Part shown: one piece after another, positions 33,231 through 44,231 of the stretch
Layout: each line of letters opens with the position of its first letter
Numbering within the stretch: the first letter of the stretch is position 1
Origin: an uncultured Planctomycetota bacterium
GTDB taxonomy: Bacteria; Planctomycetota; Planctomycetia; Isosphaerales; Isosphaeraceae
DNA length: 64,000 bases
Direction of reading: 5' to 3'
NCBI GenBank assembly: GCA_963845755.1
Contig: CAWJTV010000011.1
Location: 224,001 to 288,000, forward strand
Translations under genes and position numbers: made by a program
Notes under the pieces: model-generated
What the model saw: only the letters and a program-made list of their open reading frames with translations
Told to the model about the DNA's origin: nothing
Databases searched by the model: none

Positions 33231-34518
33231 TCAAGTTGGGCCGCGACCGTTGGTGCCGTCCCCCTGGGACTTCAGCAGCAGGTCGAGGAGCAAGGGCTGG
33301 ACCTGTCCCAGCAGCGTTCCCAGCCATTCGGCGTCGCCCAGACGTGGACTGTCGGGGTCGTGGATCAGCTCGGAGGGCAGCTTCCGCTTGAGGTCGGCCA
33401 GGTCATCGGTGAACGCGCCGCAGCGCGCCGGGATCGTTGCGGAGTTGTTCCAGGACGTCGAGCAGCTCCTCGATGGGCCCGTCCGGGAGGAGCACGGCGC
33501 TCGGCCGCCGGGTCTGAAACTCGACCCGTTCGATCCAGAGCCGGTCGCCGCCCCGTTCGGTGGCGAGGCCGCGGATCTCGGCCACGAACCGCTCCGGATC
33601 GGCGTGCAGACGGTCGTGCAAGGCGGTGGCGCCGGTGAAGATCATGCGGACGGCCAGCAGGCGATCGGGATCGGACTCGGTCTCGAGCAGGCGATCGAAC
33701 TCCTCGGCCGCGCGGTTGGGAAAATCCGACTCGCTGTCCAGCTCAGAGAGCTCGACGCGGCCCCGTTCCCAGCGGACCTGATCCAGCCGGTGGAAGACCG
33801 GCTCGAAGCTCCGGTCCGAATTGACGGTCACGATCAGGCACCCTTTCGGGCCGGCCTCGCGGATGTGCCGGCCTTGCACGTTGCCGGCGAAGACGACCGG
33901 CGGGTCCTGGCAGAGGACCTCTCGGGCGTGGATGTGACCCAGGGCCCAGTAGTCGTAACCCCGGAGCCGAAGTTCCTCCAGCGAGCAGGGGGCGTACCGT
34001 TCGTGACCGTCCACGCCGCCGAGACCGGTATGCAGCAGGCCGATGTTGACGCAGCCGCCAACGGCCGCCGGATAGGCGGCGGCCAGGTTCTCCGTCACGG
34101 CGGCCTTCGCAAAGCTCTGCCCGTGGATCGCCACGTCCTGTTCGGGCAGGACGAACGTCTCGGGACGATCGTGGGCCAGGAGCCGGACGTTCTCCGGCAA
34201 CGTCAGGATTCGGGTCATCTTGTTGGCGGCGTCGTGGTTGCCGGCGATGAGGACCACGGGAATCTTCTCGTCCCGCAGGCGGTTGAGCTCCTTGATCAGG
34301 TAGAGGCCCGTGCTGTAATCGCGCCAATCGCCATCGTAGAGGTCGCCGGCAATCAGAACGAAATCGACACGCTTCTCGATGGCCAGGTCGATCAGCCGCG
34401 TGAAGGCGCGCCGGGTCGCCTTGCGGATCCGCTCCACCGGGGCGTTCTCGTACCGCTCCAGTCCCTTCAGTGGACTGTCCAGATGAATATCGGCCGCGTG
34501 GAGAAACGTGATAGCCAT
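33231..34518 (-). CDS. YhaO-like Mre11/SbcD metallophosphoesterase (frameshift near 33420)
   Basis: 'AADIHLDSP', 'AGDLYD', 'GNHD', 'GLLHT', 'YWALGHIH', 'GNVQGRH'. Confidence 0.9.
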
Positions 34519-35436
34519 CAGTGAATATTGTTGCTGAATAACGGTGGAGTGCCGGGCGAGATCGCAACCAGGATGGGAGTCAAGCCGACCCGGATTCATT
34601 GTAAGATTGGAGGGCTAACCCATACAATCGACACATCCGGCATAATCGTGGCTTCGTTTGTCGATAAATGGATCAACGACCGGGAGAAGGCAGATGCACG
34701 AGAGTCCTCGGCGATCCCCACGACGTCGGAGGTGGGACCGCCGGCTGGCGGCGCGGATCGTGACACAAAGTGGCACAAACTGCCATGAATTGGGAAGGTC
34801 CCCATCCCCGATCTCGTTGGCCGGAAGCGAGTTCGGGACGACCGCCGGCCGAGTCGGTACGCTCGGCTCTGGCGACCGGCCGCCGGCCGAGGGCGACGGG
34901 TTCCGGTATCCTCTGACATCGCTTGATGGCGCCTCGGATGCGGCGGGAAAGTGATCGTTGCAGGTCCTCATACTATTAGGATGCCGCAACTTTGGAATTT
35001 CGTTAATGCACCTATGCCCAACGTGACGGTTTTTCGCTCCCGAACTCTCAACAGGAGTGGGAGATCCAGAATTTTTCAAAAAAATTCGGGCTGTGGATTG
35101 CGCGGAGCCATCGGCCTGGCGAGGGGGCCTTTGCCGTCACAGCGCGGCCGATCCACACAAGCGGCGTAACCCATAAAGCCGTAGTCCGTTTGCGCCGGGC
35201 TGGACGGGCGCCCTCGCCGCGAGGAAGCGCGGATCAACCCATGCGATATCCTGCTCCTCGCTGTCTCGTGCGGCTCTCAGTTCGAGGTCGCTGTGGGAGC
35301 GGGGGTCGGATCCTACCGATGAAGACGGATCCCCCGGCGACACTCAACGAGCGGGCGGGGCCGGGAATTTGGTAGGATGGCCGTGGGGAAACCCGGTCGC
35401 GTTCCCAGCAGCCCGGCTTTCCGAGGAGGAGACACC

Positions 35437-35748
35437 ATGGCTGTCGATCAGATGATCCAGAAGGTCCAGGACGCCTTGAAGCTCAACACGTTGAAACCGA
35501 AGCTGCCGCCGAATCCCAAGGTCGTCAACATCCGCGTCGAGGACTACGTCGACTCGGACGGGGAGGATGCGCTGCGGGTGAGGATCGTCATCGACGAGGA
35601 TGTGGACGTCGAGAATGTGAGCGGTCAGGAAATCACCGACCTGAAGAGCGCCGTTCGCCGGCGGATTCGGGAGTTGGGAGTCGAGCTCTGGCCTTACATC
35701 CAGATTGCGAAGCCGAGCGAGCTCGAAGAGGACGACGACGAGGAGTGA
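35437..35748 (+). CDS. Small acidic protein, degenerate minimal-nucleotidyltransferase-like antitoxin
   Basis: GAGGAG RBS. 'YVDSDGEDALRVRIVI'. Lies 3 bp upstream of a HEPN gene. Confidence 0.6.
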   Translation: MAVDQMIQKVQDALKLNTLKPKLPPNPKVVNIRVEDYVDSDGEDALRVRIVIDEDVDVENVSGQEITDLKSAVRRRIRELGVELWPYIQIAKPSELEEDDDEE

Positions 35749-35751
35749 ACC

Positions 35752-36261
35752 GTGCACGACCTCCTGGAACAGGCCGTGCGGCTGGCAAAGCTCGATGTCA
35801 AGAAACCGAAGCAGGCCAACCTACGTCGTGCGATCTCGTCGGCCTATTACGCCCTTTTCCATATGCTGGTCGACGAGGCGTGCCGAGTCCAGGTCGGGGC
35901 GCAGCATAACCAGGCGCCGTACCGTCGGGTCCTGGGGCGGGCCTTCGCCCACAGTGTCATGAAGGAGGCCTGCAAATCGTTCGGCGGTGGGACACTCAAG
36001 AAAGGCGTCGCGAAGGGGCTGCCAGGGGGCTTCGCGATCCCCGCGGAAATCCGGGAACTGGCCGAGACGTTTGTCGATCTTCAAGAATGGCGCCACCTCG
36101 CGGACTACGACCTGACGGAACGATTCAAGCGATCGGATGTGCTGTCCTTGATCAACGAGGTAGAGTGGCGAATCCGGGCCTTCGGGCATCTGGCATCCTC
36201 CAACGAGAAACACTTCTTCCTGGCGTGCCTCTGGGCGTGGAAGGAGCTGGCGAATCGCTGA
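35752..36261 (+). CDS. HEPN-domain protein
   Basis: 'RRAISSAYYALFH' and 'WRHLADYD' (RxxADY). Confidence 0.8.
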   Translation: MHDLLEQAVRLAKLDVKKPKQANLRRAISSAYYALFHMLVDEACRVQVGAQHNQAPYRRVLGRAFAHSVMKEACKSFGGGTLKKGVAKGLPGGFAIPAEIRELAETFVDLQEWRHLADYDLTERFKRSDVLSLINEVEWRIRAFGHLASSNEKHFFLACLWAWKELANR

Positions 36262-36289
36262 ATCTCCCTCGGAACGCGGGCGATCAGGA

Positions 36290-36540
36290 CCATCCTCAAT
36301 TAATTCCTGGACGCGATCGCTTCCCGCCGCCTTGCGCCGAGCCTCAAGCGCCTCCGCTGGCTTCCCCGTCTGCGACTGCAAACCGCCTATGCTGTTGTGA
36401 GTACGGGCCAGGAAAGCCTGGAAGTCGGTGACGGCGGGGTTGGCGCCAACCAGCTTCTGCTGGAAGGCAAGCCCCTCTTGGAACGCCTGCAGCGCCTCCT
36501 CGGGTCTCCGAGCCAGGGACTGGATACCAACCCGGCGCCG
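36290..36540 (-). pseudogene. Isolated TPR-repeat fragment
   Basis: 'RPEEALQAFQEGLAFQQKLVGANPAVTDFQAFLARTHNSIGGLQSQTGKPAEALEA' with no credible start or kinase domain. Confidence 0.55.
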
Positions 36541-36652
36541 CGTGAAAATGTGCGGGGGAGCCGCCCGCATTTCGACTACCGGCGGGACACCCTCCCCTTT
36601 CGTTTCCTCATCGAAAGCGGTGGTCCGTCGCGGCGATCCGGGAGACTTTGCC

Positions 36653-38201
36653 ATGACGATGTCTTGCAGCCTGGCGACACTGGCCCTGCTTACCCTCGTC
36701 GCCCAGACGAGGCCTCCTGAGGAGCGCAGGCACGCTCCACCTGCGGATCGTCGAGCCGGGAGCGGACGGGCGTCTCGTCCCGGTCCCCGCCCGGGTTCAC
36801 CTGGCGGATGGGAAGGGTCAGCCCATCCTCGCGCCGGGGCTACCCGCGTTCCATGATCACTTCAACTGTGCAGGCGAAGCCCGCCTGGATCTGCTCCCCG
36901 GGCGCTATCACTACACGGTCGAACGCGGTCCGGAGTACCGGCGAGCTTCCGGACGAGTCGAGATCGTCGCGGGCGGGGTTCGGCAGCAGGAGATCGTCCT
37001 CAGACGTCTGATCGATCTGGCCGCTCGGGGCTGGTACTCGGGCGAGACGCACGTGCATCGGCCACCCGAGGACATGGCGCTGCTCCTGCGATCCGAGGAC
37101 CTGCATGTCGCCCCGGTCCTCACCGTCTGGAATCGCACCAACCTCTGGAAAGGCCGGCCCCTGCCGGATCGACTCCTGGTCGAGGTCGAGCCGACGCGCG
37201 ATTACCACATGCTGGCCTGCGAAGACGAGCGCCAGGGGGGTGCTCTGCTGTACTTCAACCTGAGGCGCCCGCTCGACCTCTCCGGCGACGGCCCCGAATT
37301 CCCCTCGCCGGTGACCCATCTCCGCGAGGTCCTCGAGCAGGAAGGGGCCTGGGGCGACATCGAGAAGCCGTTCTGGTGGGACGTGCCGACGTGGGTCGCG
37401 ACCGGTAAGGTCCGCACACTCGGCATTGCGAATAACCACATGTGCCGTTCAAAAATGTATGAGGACGAGGCCTGGGGCAGGCCCCGGGATCTTCGGCGGT
37501 TCCCGCCGCCTCGGGGCAATGGCTTCTACTCGCAGGATCTCTACTACCGGCTGCTCAACTGCGGGCTCCGGATTCCCCCATCGGCCGGCTCGGCCTCGGG
37601 AGTGTTGCCCAACCCGGTCGGTTACAACCGAGTGTATGTCCACCTGGACGGCCCGTTTTCCTACGACGCGTGGTGGAACGGCCTGGGCCGCGGCCGGTCG
37701 TTCGTGACCAACGGCCCGATCCTCCTGGTCCGGGCCAATGGCGAAGATCCCGGCCACGTCTTCCGGGCTCCGACCGGCGAGAAGGCGACCGTCGCTCTCG
37801 ATGTGCAGGTCGCCGGAGATGATCCCCTGGAGGCGGTTGAGGTGATCCGCGACGGCGTGGTCGTCGAGCGACTGGAGGGTCGGTCGCTCGGCGAACGGCC
37901 CACCCTGAAGCCCCTGGTCTTTGAGAGGAGCGGTTGGTTCCTCGTGCGGGCGATCGCGGCGGTCCCCGAGACCTTCCGCTTCGCCAGCACGGCGCCGTTC
38001 TTTGTGGAGATCGGCGACCATCGCCGCGTGATTCACCGAGGCGACGCCTCGTTCTTCATCCGTTGGATCGACGACCGGATCGCCGCCCTGGAGGCGGATC
38101 GCCAGGGGCACTTGCGCGATCCCGCGCAGAAGGCGATGGTCCTGGGGCCGCACCGCGAGGCGCGCCGGTTCTTCCAGGGGCTGCTCCGCGATGCCGATTG
38201 A
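36653..38201 (+). CDS. Secreted CehA/McbA-like (PHP-type) metallohydrolase (frameshift near 36730)
   Basis: Signal-like N-terminus. 'GWYSGETHVHR', 'YYRLLNCG...SAGSASGV', 'GRSFVTNGP'. Confidence 0.8.
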
Positions 38202-38260
38202 CGCGTGCGTTAGGGCGCCTCACAGTTGGGTGGCGCACACTCGAAGCCTGCTCCCGAAGA

Positions 38261-38356
38261 ACCCCCCCGAACCCCCCCTTCGCAAGGAGGGGATATTTGA
38301 TCGGGAAAAGCCCATTTCCTGTCCCCCCCTTGCGAAGGGGGGGTTCGGGGGGGGTG
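38261..38356. repeat. C/G-run palindromic REP doublet between convergent genes
   Basis: CCCCCCCGAACCCCCCCTTCGCAAGGAGGGG ... CCCCCCCTTGCGAAGGGGGGGTTCGGGGGGGG. Confidence 0.85.
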
Positions 38357-38363
38357 AGTTCGC

Positions 38364-38427
38364 AGCGCCTCACGGCGTGCGCAATGCAAAAGTTGAGCGT
38401 TCGAGAGCGCCTCACAGCGTGCGCAAC
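38364..38427. repeat. Direct repeats AGCGCCTCAC(G/A)GCGTGCGCAA (partial third copy near 38215)
   Basis: Two 21-bp copies 42 bp apart. Confidence 0.7.
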
Positions 38428-38465
38428 TCAACGGGTGGTTTGTCAAGAAACCCCGAGATCCGCCG

Positions 38466-39503
38466 TCATAAATCGATGTCGAGTGGGGCAGATCGCCCGG
38501 ACGCGGCGAGGATCCGGTTGTGGATGACGAACAGGGGACGGTCGTAGATGTCCGCGATCACGATGCTGGCTCCCTTGACGCGGAGCTGGATGCCTGGGAT
38601 CGCGCTCGGGGACCCGAAAAGGACGCCGCTGGGCCTGGCGAGGAAGCGGATTTCCAATAGCTCCGGCCAGCGCACTTCGCCCTGGACGTCGCCCTGGATC
38701 ATCGCCATCCCGTGGGGCCCGATGACCAGGCTGGCGTCCTTCCCGTTCTTGAACGCCGGACCGGCCGGCATCCCCTCCCCGAAGCTGACCACGCCAAGGA
38801 GCGCCCCGGCCACGATCCCGATGAACCCGGCCAGGCCCCACGCGGTCTCGCCGATTCCCGAGAAGGCGTAGGCCGACCAGGCCGCCCCCGCCAGGATCAG
38901 GCCGATGCAAGACGCCCGGTAACCGCGCCGCGAGCCGGTCAGCCGGCGGCTTGCCGCGCGGAAGGTCGCCACGCTGTGCGGGCCGAAGTACTGCTCTTGA
39001 CGTTCCAGGTAGTCGGCCAGGACCGGGTTCACGTCGCGCCCGCCACAATCGGGAACGCGCTCGGCCAGGAACCGGAATACGTCGTGGGATGAGAAATTCA
39101 AGTGCGCGGGGATGTGAAACCGCCCCCTCTCGTGCAGCACCGCGATGCCGCAGGACGCCTTGTCGAATGTCGCCGGGTCGGCCACGCGGCCGCCGACCTT
39201 GATGTTCTGGATGCTGACGTAAGGGACCAGGACCGGGTTCTCCGCACTTTCGATCAGCAGCCCGTCTTCGCGGCATGTCGCGGTGAAATGCGGCTCCTCC
39301 CCGAGGAGCCACAACGATCCCGCGAGCACGAAGGGGAGCACGGCCGCGGCGAAGAGCCCGGGGATCCCGTACATCCCGCCGGCGGCCACAAGACCCAGGC
39401 CCACAGCCAGGAGCAAGAGCGCCACGCGGGAAGACCGCGGTGCGATTCGAGCCGTTCCCCGATCATCCCAGCAGTTCCTCGGCAAGCTTGGGTTTCTGCG
39501 CAT
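38466..39503 (-). CDS. Hypothetical membrane protein (two TM hairpins)
   Basis: 345-aa ORF with four hydrophobic segments. Start uncertain. Confidence 0.7.
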   Translation of the reverse strand: MRRNPSLPRNCWDDRGTARIAPRSSRVALLLLAVGLGLVAAGGMYGIPGLFAAAVLPFVLAGSLWLLGEEPHFTATCREDGLLIESAENPVLVPYVSIQNIKVGGRVADPATFDKASCGIAVLHERGRFHIPAHLNFSSHDVFRFLAERVPDCGGRDVNPVLADYLERQEQYFGPHSVATFRAASRRLTGSRRGYRASCIGLILAGAAWSAYAFSGIGETAWGLAGFIGIVAGALLGVVSFGEGMPAGPAFKNGKDASLVIGPHGMAMIQGDVQGEVRWPELLEIRFLARPSGVLFGSPSAIPGIQLRVKGASIVIADIYDRPLFVIHNRILAASGRSAPLDIDL

Positions 39504-39987
39504 GGGCCCGGAAGGCTAGCGCCGCCTGGATCGCGCGGAACAGGGCGTAGATGATGATGATCTTCACGATGAACCCCCGGGCCAGCGTATCGGAATCCAG
39601 GAGGCCGGAGGCCACCATGGCCAGGATGTAGAGGATCAGGCTCGTGATCGTGATCAGGACCGGGAATTTCTTGATGATCACGCCGAAGACCACGAACAGG
39701 AGGCCCAAGATCGCCGCCGAGCCGTACTGCACGTAACCGGAGATCATGATCGCGTGCCGGAATTCCTCGACCTCGGCCGGCGCGATCTGCTCCTGCTGGA
39801 TCATCTGCTCGATCTGACCCGGGATACTCCAGAGGCCAAGAGTGTTCACGACCAGCGTCAACGCGCCGATGACGATCAGGATGACCCGAGCCCGATTGAG
39901 CTCCTTGCCTCTGGCCGACTGGGCCAGGCTGCCGAGCGGCTTCAGATTTTCGACGGCAGGGGGCACGTTCGGGTCGTTCGCTTCCAC
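39463..39987 (-). CDS. Hypothetical 4-TM membrane protein
   Basis: GAGGAG upstream of GTG. Four hydrophobic helices. Confidence 0.75.
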   Translation of the reverse strand: MEANDPNVPPAVENLKPLGSLAQSARGKELNRARVILIVIGALTLVVNTLGLWSIPGQIEQMIQQEQIAPAEVEEFRHAIMISGYVQYGSAAILGLLFVVFGVIIKKFPVLITITSLILYILAMVASGLLDSDTLARGFIVKIIIIYALFRAIQAALAFRAHAQKPKLAEELLG

Positions 39988-40071
39988 GACTCAACTCCTC
40001 GATGCCAGGCGGTTCTCGAAGTCTACTGGCAAGTGCTGTCGTTGGCTCGGCTGAGAGCACTCCATCGCTGA

Positions 40072-40191
40072 GCGTCTGTTCCGGAATGGCGAGCGGGGGG
40101 CATCAGCCCCTTGTCTTCGAGGACCGTCGCTCACCGGACAGGGGGCTGACGCCCCCCGCTCGCCAGGACCTGCCCCTTCGGGTACAGACTC
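40072..40191. mobile_element. 120-bp MITE with TGA target duplication and internal long hairpin
   Basis: TGA|GCGTCTGTTCCGGAA ... TTCGGGTACAGACTC|TGA. Internal GGCGAGCGGGGGGCATCAGCCCC / GGGGCTGACGCCCCCCGCTCGCC. Second copy at 56256-57766. Confidence 0.8.
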
Positions 40192-40336
40192 TGAGCGTCC
40201 TTTTGTACCGGACCGGGGCCCTCATTGTCACCTCCATCCTCTCGAGCCGATCCGGTGGGCTTCGCCTCGATCGATCGCGGCTCGGCCCACCCGACTACGA
40301 CTCCGACTCGAGGGCTCGGGGCACCCGGCATCGCGC

Positions 40337-43300
40337 TCACGAGGGCGTGATGCCCCCGCCTTTGGAGATCGCGAACACGGTGGTTCCTCCCAGCGCACCG
40401 CCCGAAGCGCCGGTCACTCCGCCGAGGACCGTGATCTGGCCGCCGGTCTTGAACGTTTCCTTGCCCACGAACACGATCGTCACCGCGTTCTCGCTGTACG
40501 AGACGCTGAAGTTCATGATCGGCTGAAGGATGTGCTCGACCTTCTTCCTGGCCTTCTTGCTGGTCACCGCATCGACCTGATAATTGGCCGGATTCGACGC
40601 GCTCGCCGGATTGAGCGGGCCGCTGAATTCGAACGTGTATCCGACCAGCATCGGCTTGCCGACGGGCTTGCCCTTCTTGTTGGTCTTGCGCAGGAACGAC
40701 GCCTGCTCGCCGACGATCACCGGTGCGATCGGCGTCGGGATGGGCGTTGATGTGGGCGTCGGGGTCGGGGTGGGGGTGGGTGTCGGTGTAGGCGTCGGAG
40801 ACGGGGTTGGAGTTGGGGTCGGTGTAGGCGTTGGGGTTGGGGTTGGCGTCGGAGTTGGAGTGGGGGTGGGCGTTGGCGATTGAGTCACGTTGACGGAGCC
40901 TGTGGTGGTCGTCACGGACGGCAGCGCCGTGCTGGTGACGAGCACGGTATAGCCGTCGCCGGCTTGATTGATCGACAGGCCGGAGAAGGTGGCGACGCCG
41001 TCGACGGCCGTCGCGTGGAGCGTGCCACTGAGCGTGCCACCTCCCGGATGATTTCCCAGGTCCAGTGTGACGGGGCCGTTGAAGGTCGTGTCCACCTGAC
41101 CGTCGGGGTCTTCGGCAGCGACGGTCAGGTCGAAATCGGCGCCGGGGGCAAGCGACTGGGTCGGCTGGGCCGTCACTACCAGTTGGTCGGTGATCCAGCC
41201 GATGTCGTTCAATCCCGCCCAGTCCAGGGGCGTGACGACTCCACTCCCCGTGTCCGGGGTCATGAGCGCGACCTCACCGTCGGAGACGGTCCCGACGGCC
41301 CAGTGAGTGTCGGGATGTCCCAGCTCGACGCCGGTGCCGGTGTCCAGCGGCACGGGACCGCCGTAGGAGGCCTCGGCATGGGGCCCCGTAAACACGTTGG
41401 TCGTGGTATTGGCATACGTGAACCAGGAGTCCGCCGTGCCGATGCCGAGAACGTGGCCCAGCTCGTGGAGGCACACCGCCAGGAAATTGGAGCCGGGCGC
41501 ACCGGAGAAGTCCCAGGCATCACCCGTATTGAAGGTGACCGAGCCGCCCCAGGGACCGAAGCCGGTCGCGGGATCGGCCAGGGCCCCGGCCTGTCCGCGC
41601 GACGCCAGCAGGTCTTGCCAGGAGGTCGAGCCGCTCTCCGAATACCCGCCGGGCCCGCCGAGGCCGCCGTAATTCCCCGTGGATCCTCCCACATAGACGA
41701 TGAGCGTATTGGCGGGCACATCCAGATTCGTGATGTCGATCTCTTGACCGGTATCGCTGGGGTTGAAGGTGGTCGCGGTCCAGGTGTCGCCGGCGCCCGG
41801 GTCGGGCGCGATCGCGGCCAGGCTGCTGTGGAGCTGGCTGCCGAGGATCTGGCCGGCCTCTTGCAGCACGGTCATGGCCTGGGGATTGGCGGAGAAGAAG
41901 CCCGAAGTGTCGTACGAATCGTCGAATTCGATGGTAATCGATGAGGCGGTGCTCACGGTCACGTTGACGGGATTCGTCGTGGTCGGTGTCAGGCCGACGG
42001 CGCCGGCCTGGAGCGTGTAGCCGTCGCCGACCTGGGCGAGGATCGGACCGGGGAATGTGGCGACGCCGGCGACGGCCGCCGACGTGTCGTCCCCGCCGAG
42101 CGTGCCGCCTGCGGGATGGGCGCCGATCGTCAGCGTCACGCTGCCGGCGAAGCTCGGATCGACATTCCCGAACGGGTCCTCGGCCGAGACGACGACGGTG
42201 AAGGGGTTGCCGGCCAGCACGTCGGAAGGCGGCTCGGTCGTCACCACCAACTGGGTGGCCGGATCCGCGGTGACGGTGAACGCCGAGGTTGTTCCGGAGA
42301 CCAGGTTGGTCGCGCCGGCTTCGATCGTGTACCCAGCCCCGGCCGTATCCAGGGTCAAGCCGGTGAAGGAGGCCACGCCGTCAACGGCCGTCTGGGAACG
42401 CGTCCCGCCGAGTGCGCCGCTTCCGGGATTCGTCCCCAGTGTCAGCGTCACCATACTGTTGAAGCTCGGGTCGGAGTTGCCGAACCCGTCCTCGGCGGTG
42501 ACGGTCAGCCCGAAGTCGGCGCCGGCGGCCACGCTTGACGCCGGCGGCGACGTCACCACGAGCTGCGTCGCCCGGTCGAGAGGCGTGATGTCGAACGAGC
42601 CGGTCGTGGTCGTGATGGAGGATAAGGCGCTGCTGCCGGCCTGGAGCGTATAGCCGTCGCCGACCTGGTTGATCGACAGGCCGGAGAAGGTGGCAACGCC
42701 GGCGGCGGCCGTCGTGTTGGGCGTGCCACCGAGCGTGCCGCTTCCGGGATGATTCTCCAGGGCCAGCGTGATGGGGCCGTTGAAGAGCGTGTCGACCTGG
42801 CCGTCCGGATCCTCGGCGGTGACGGTCAACCCGAAGCCGGCGCCGACGGTGACCAACGCCGGCGGCTGGTCCGTCACCACCAGTTGGTCGGTGGTCCAGC
42901 CGACGTCGTCCAGTCCCGCCCAGTCCAGCGGGGTGAAGGACTTCTGCTGGCCGAGGCTCAGCAACCCGTCCATCATTGGCTCGGCGCCATCGGATTGAAG
43001 ACCTTCGGCCCAGTAAGAGCCACCGGCGCCGAGCGGCACCGGACCGCCATAAGAGGCTTCCGCATGGGCTCCCGTGAAGACCTGGCTCGATGCGTTCACA
43101 TCGGCGTTCCAGGACGCGGCGGTCCCGATCCCCAGAATTGTGCCCATGGCCTGAAGGGCCGCCGTCAGGAAATCGTACTGACTGGCGCCGGGAGGGTCGG
43201 ATGTCCCGCCGAAACTCCAATCGGGGCTCGTGCCGAACGCGATCGCGGCGCTGGTGGGCGCCGAGCCGGCCAGGCCGCCGGTCTGGCCGCGCGAGGAAAT

Positions 43301-43747
43301 CGCGTCGAGCCATGAGTTCGACCCGCTGTCGCTGTATCCCGCCAGGTAAGACTGGTACAAACTCGTGGTCGAACTGCCACCCACGTAGACGATGATGGTG
43401 TCGGCGGGGATGCTCGGGTTGGTCAGATTGATGCTGGTGTTCGGATCGCTCGGATTGGGGATGGTCTGCGACCAGGTATTGCCCCCGCCCGGGGTGATCG
43501 CGGCCAGGCTGTTCTCGAGCTGGCCGCCGAGGATCTGTCCGGCCTCTTGCAGCACGGTCATCGCCTGGGGGTTCGCCGTGAAGAAGCCCGACGTGTCATA
43601 AGAGTCGTTGAAGTCGATCGCGATTCCGCCGTGCAACAACCGGCGCGGCTCCATGGCCTCGAAGCCGGGGCGGTGTCGAGAACCAGCCCGTTTTGATCCG
43701 CGCCATGATGCCGCTCGGCGACACCTGGCCCGCTGACGTTGACCCAT
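40337..43747 (-). CDS. Large secreted protein: two leishmanolysin-like metalloprotease domains, Ig-like repeats, Pro-Thr linker
   Basis: '[10 protein letters not shown]' motif. '[10 protein letters not shown]...THW...LMTP'. Repeated 'QLVVT..PP...AED..G...F' beta-sandwich-like units. (TP)n tract. Confidence 0.85.
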   Translation of the reverse strand: MGQRQRARCRRAASWRGSKRAGSRHRPGFEAMEPRRLLHGGIAIDFNDSYDTSGFFTANPQAMTVLQEAGQILGGQLENSLAAITPGGGNTWSQTIPNPSDPNTSINLTNPSIPADTIIVYVGGSSTTSLYQSYLAGYSDSGSNSWLDAISSRGQTGGLAGSAPTSAAIAFGTSPDWSFGGTSDPPGASQYDFLTAALQAMGTILGIGTAASWNADVNASSQVFTGAHAEASYGGPVPLGAGGSYWAEGLQSDGAEPMMDGLLSLGQQKSFTPLDWAGLDDVGWTTDQLVVTDQPPALVTVGAGFGLTVTAEDPDGQVDTLFNGPITLALENHPGSGTLGGTPNTTAAAGVATFSGLSINQVGDGYTLQAGSSALSSITTTTGSFDITPLDRATQLVVTSPPASSVAAGADFGLTVTAEDGFGNSDPSFNSMVTLTLGTNPGSGALGGTRSQTAVDGVASFTGLTLDTAGAGYTIEAGATNLVSGTTSAFTVTADPATQLVVTTEPPSDVLAGNPFTVVVSAEDPFGNVDPSFAGSVTLTIGAHPAGGTLGGDDTSAAVAGVATFPGPILAQVGDGYTLQAGAVGLTPTTTNPVNVTVSTASSITIEFDDSYDTSGFFSANPQAMTVLQEAGQILGSQLHSSLAAIAPDPGAGDTWTATTFNPSDTGQEIDITNLDVPANTLIVYVGGSTGNYGGLGGPGGYSESGSTSWQDLLASRGQAGALADPATGFGPWGGSVTFNTGDAWDFSGAPGSNFLAVCLHELGHVLGIGTADSWFTYANTTTNVFTGPHAEASYGGPVPLDTGTGVELGHPDTHWAVGTVSDGEVALMTPDTGSGVVTPLDWAGLNDIGWITDQLVVTAQPTQSLAPGADFDLTVAAEDPDGQVDTTFNGPVTLDLGNHPGGGTLSGTLHATAVDGVATFSGLSINQAGDGYTVLVTSTALPSVTTTTGSVNVTQSPTPTPTPTPTPTPTPTPTPTPTPTPSPTPTPTPTPTPTPTPTSTPIPTPIAPVIVGEQASFLRKTNKKGKPVGKPMLVGYTFEFSGPLNPASASNPANYQVDAVTSKKARKKVEHILQPIMNFSVSYSENAVTIVFVGKETFKTGGQITVLGGVTGASGGALGGTTVFAISKGGGITPS
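40730..40880 (-). repeat. Thr-Pro dipeptide repeat (coding linker)
   Basis: More than 20 PT units in the translation. Confidence 0.9.
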
Positions 43748-43941
43748 GCGTGTCGCCCCGCAATCGCAATTCGGTTGCCCTGTTGCCCACCTCCGGGCGT
43801 CCCTTCGGCGCATCGCGACCGAATTCTGGTCACAACCAAGCTTAGGTCAAACTTGCGCCGATTGCCGTCGGAACTGGCCGAGATGCTGTGCGGAAACTAC
43901 GGAGAGTGATCGGGACTGCCGCACCGGTGCCGAGACGATCC

Positions 43942-44230
43942 CTAGAGCGCCTTACGGTTGGATTGCGCACAGAGACAGCCGATCTTCGGCCTGAAGGGCC
44001 GCAGGAGACGAGCCCCGGGTGAAACCCGGGGTCCGCGAAACGCCCCCCCATCTCCCGCGGCCTGAAGGGCCGCAGGAGACGCGCCCGGCACCCTTTCAGG
44101 GTGCAGACGAGGACGGGGCGCGACCGAGTCCCGGGGTTTCACCCCGGGCTGGGTTCCTGCGGCCCGTTGGGCCGCCGGAGACCGTTCCCGGCACGGGCTG
44201 CGTGCGCAACCCAACCGATTGGCGCTCTAG
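43942..44230. mobile_element. ~290-bp MITE-like element with ~29-bp terminal inverted repeats and internal REP hairpins
   Basis: CTAGAGCGCCTTACGGTTGGATTGCGCAC ... GTGCGCAACCCAACCGATTGGCGCTCTAG. Internal GGCCTGAAGGGCCGCAGGAGACG twice and CCCGGGTGAAACCCGGG hairpins. Confidence 0.8.
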
Positions 44231-44231
44231 T

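Noticed and set aside
34600..35400. 800-bp intergenic region as a possible ncRNA or small gene
   Set aside because: No recognisable RNA family or convincing ORF. Consistent with a divergent promoter region.
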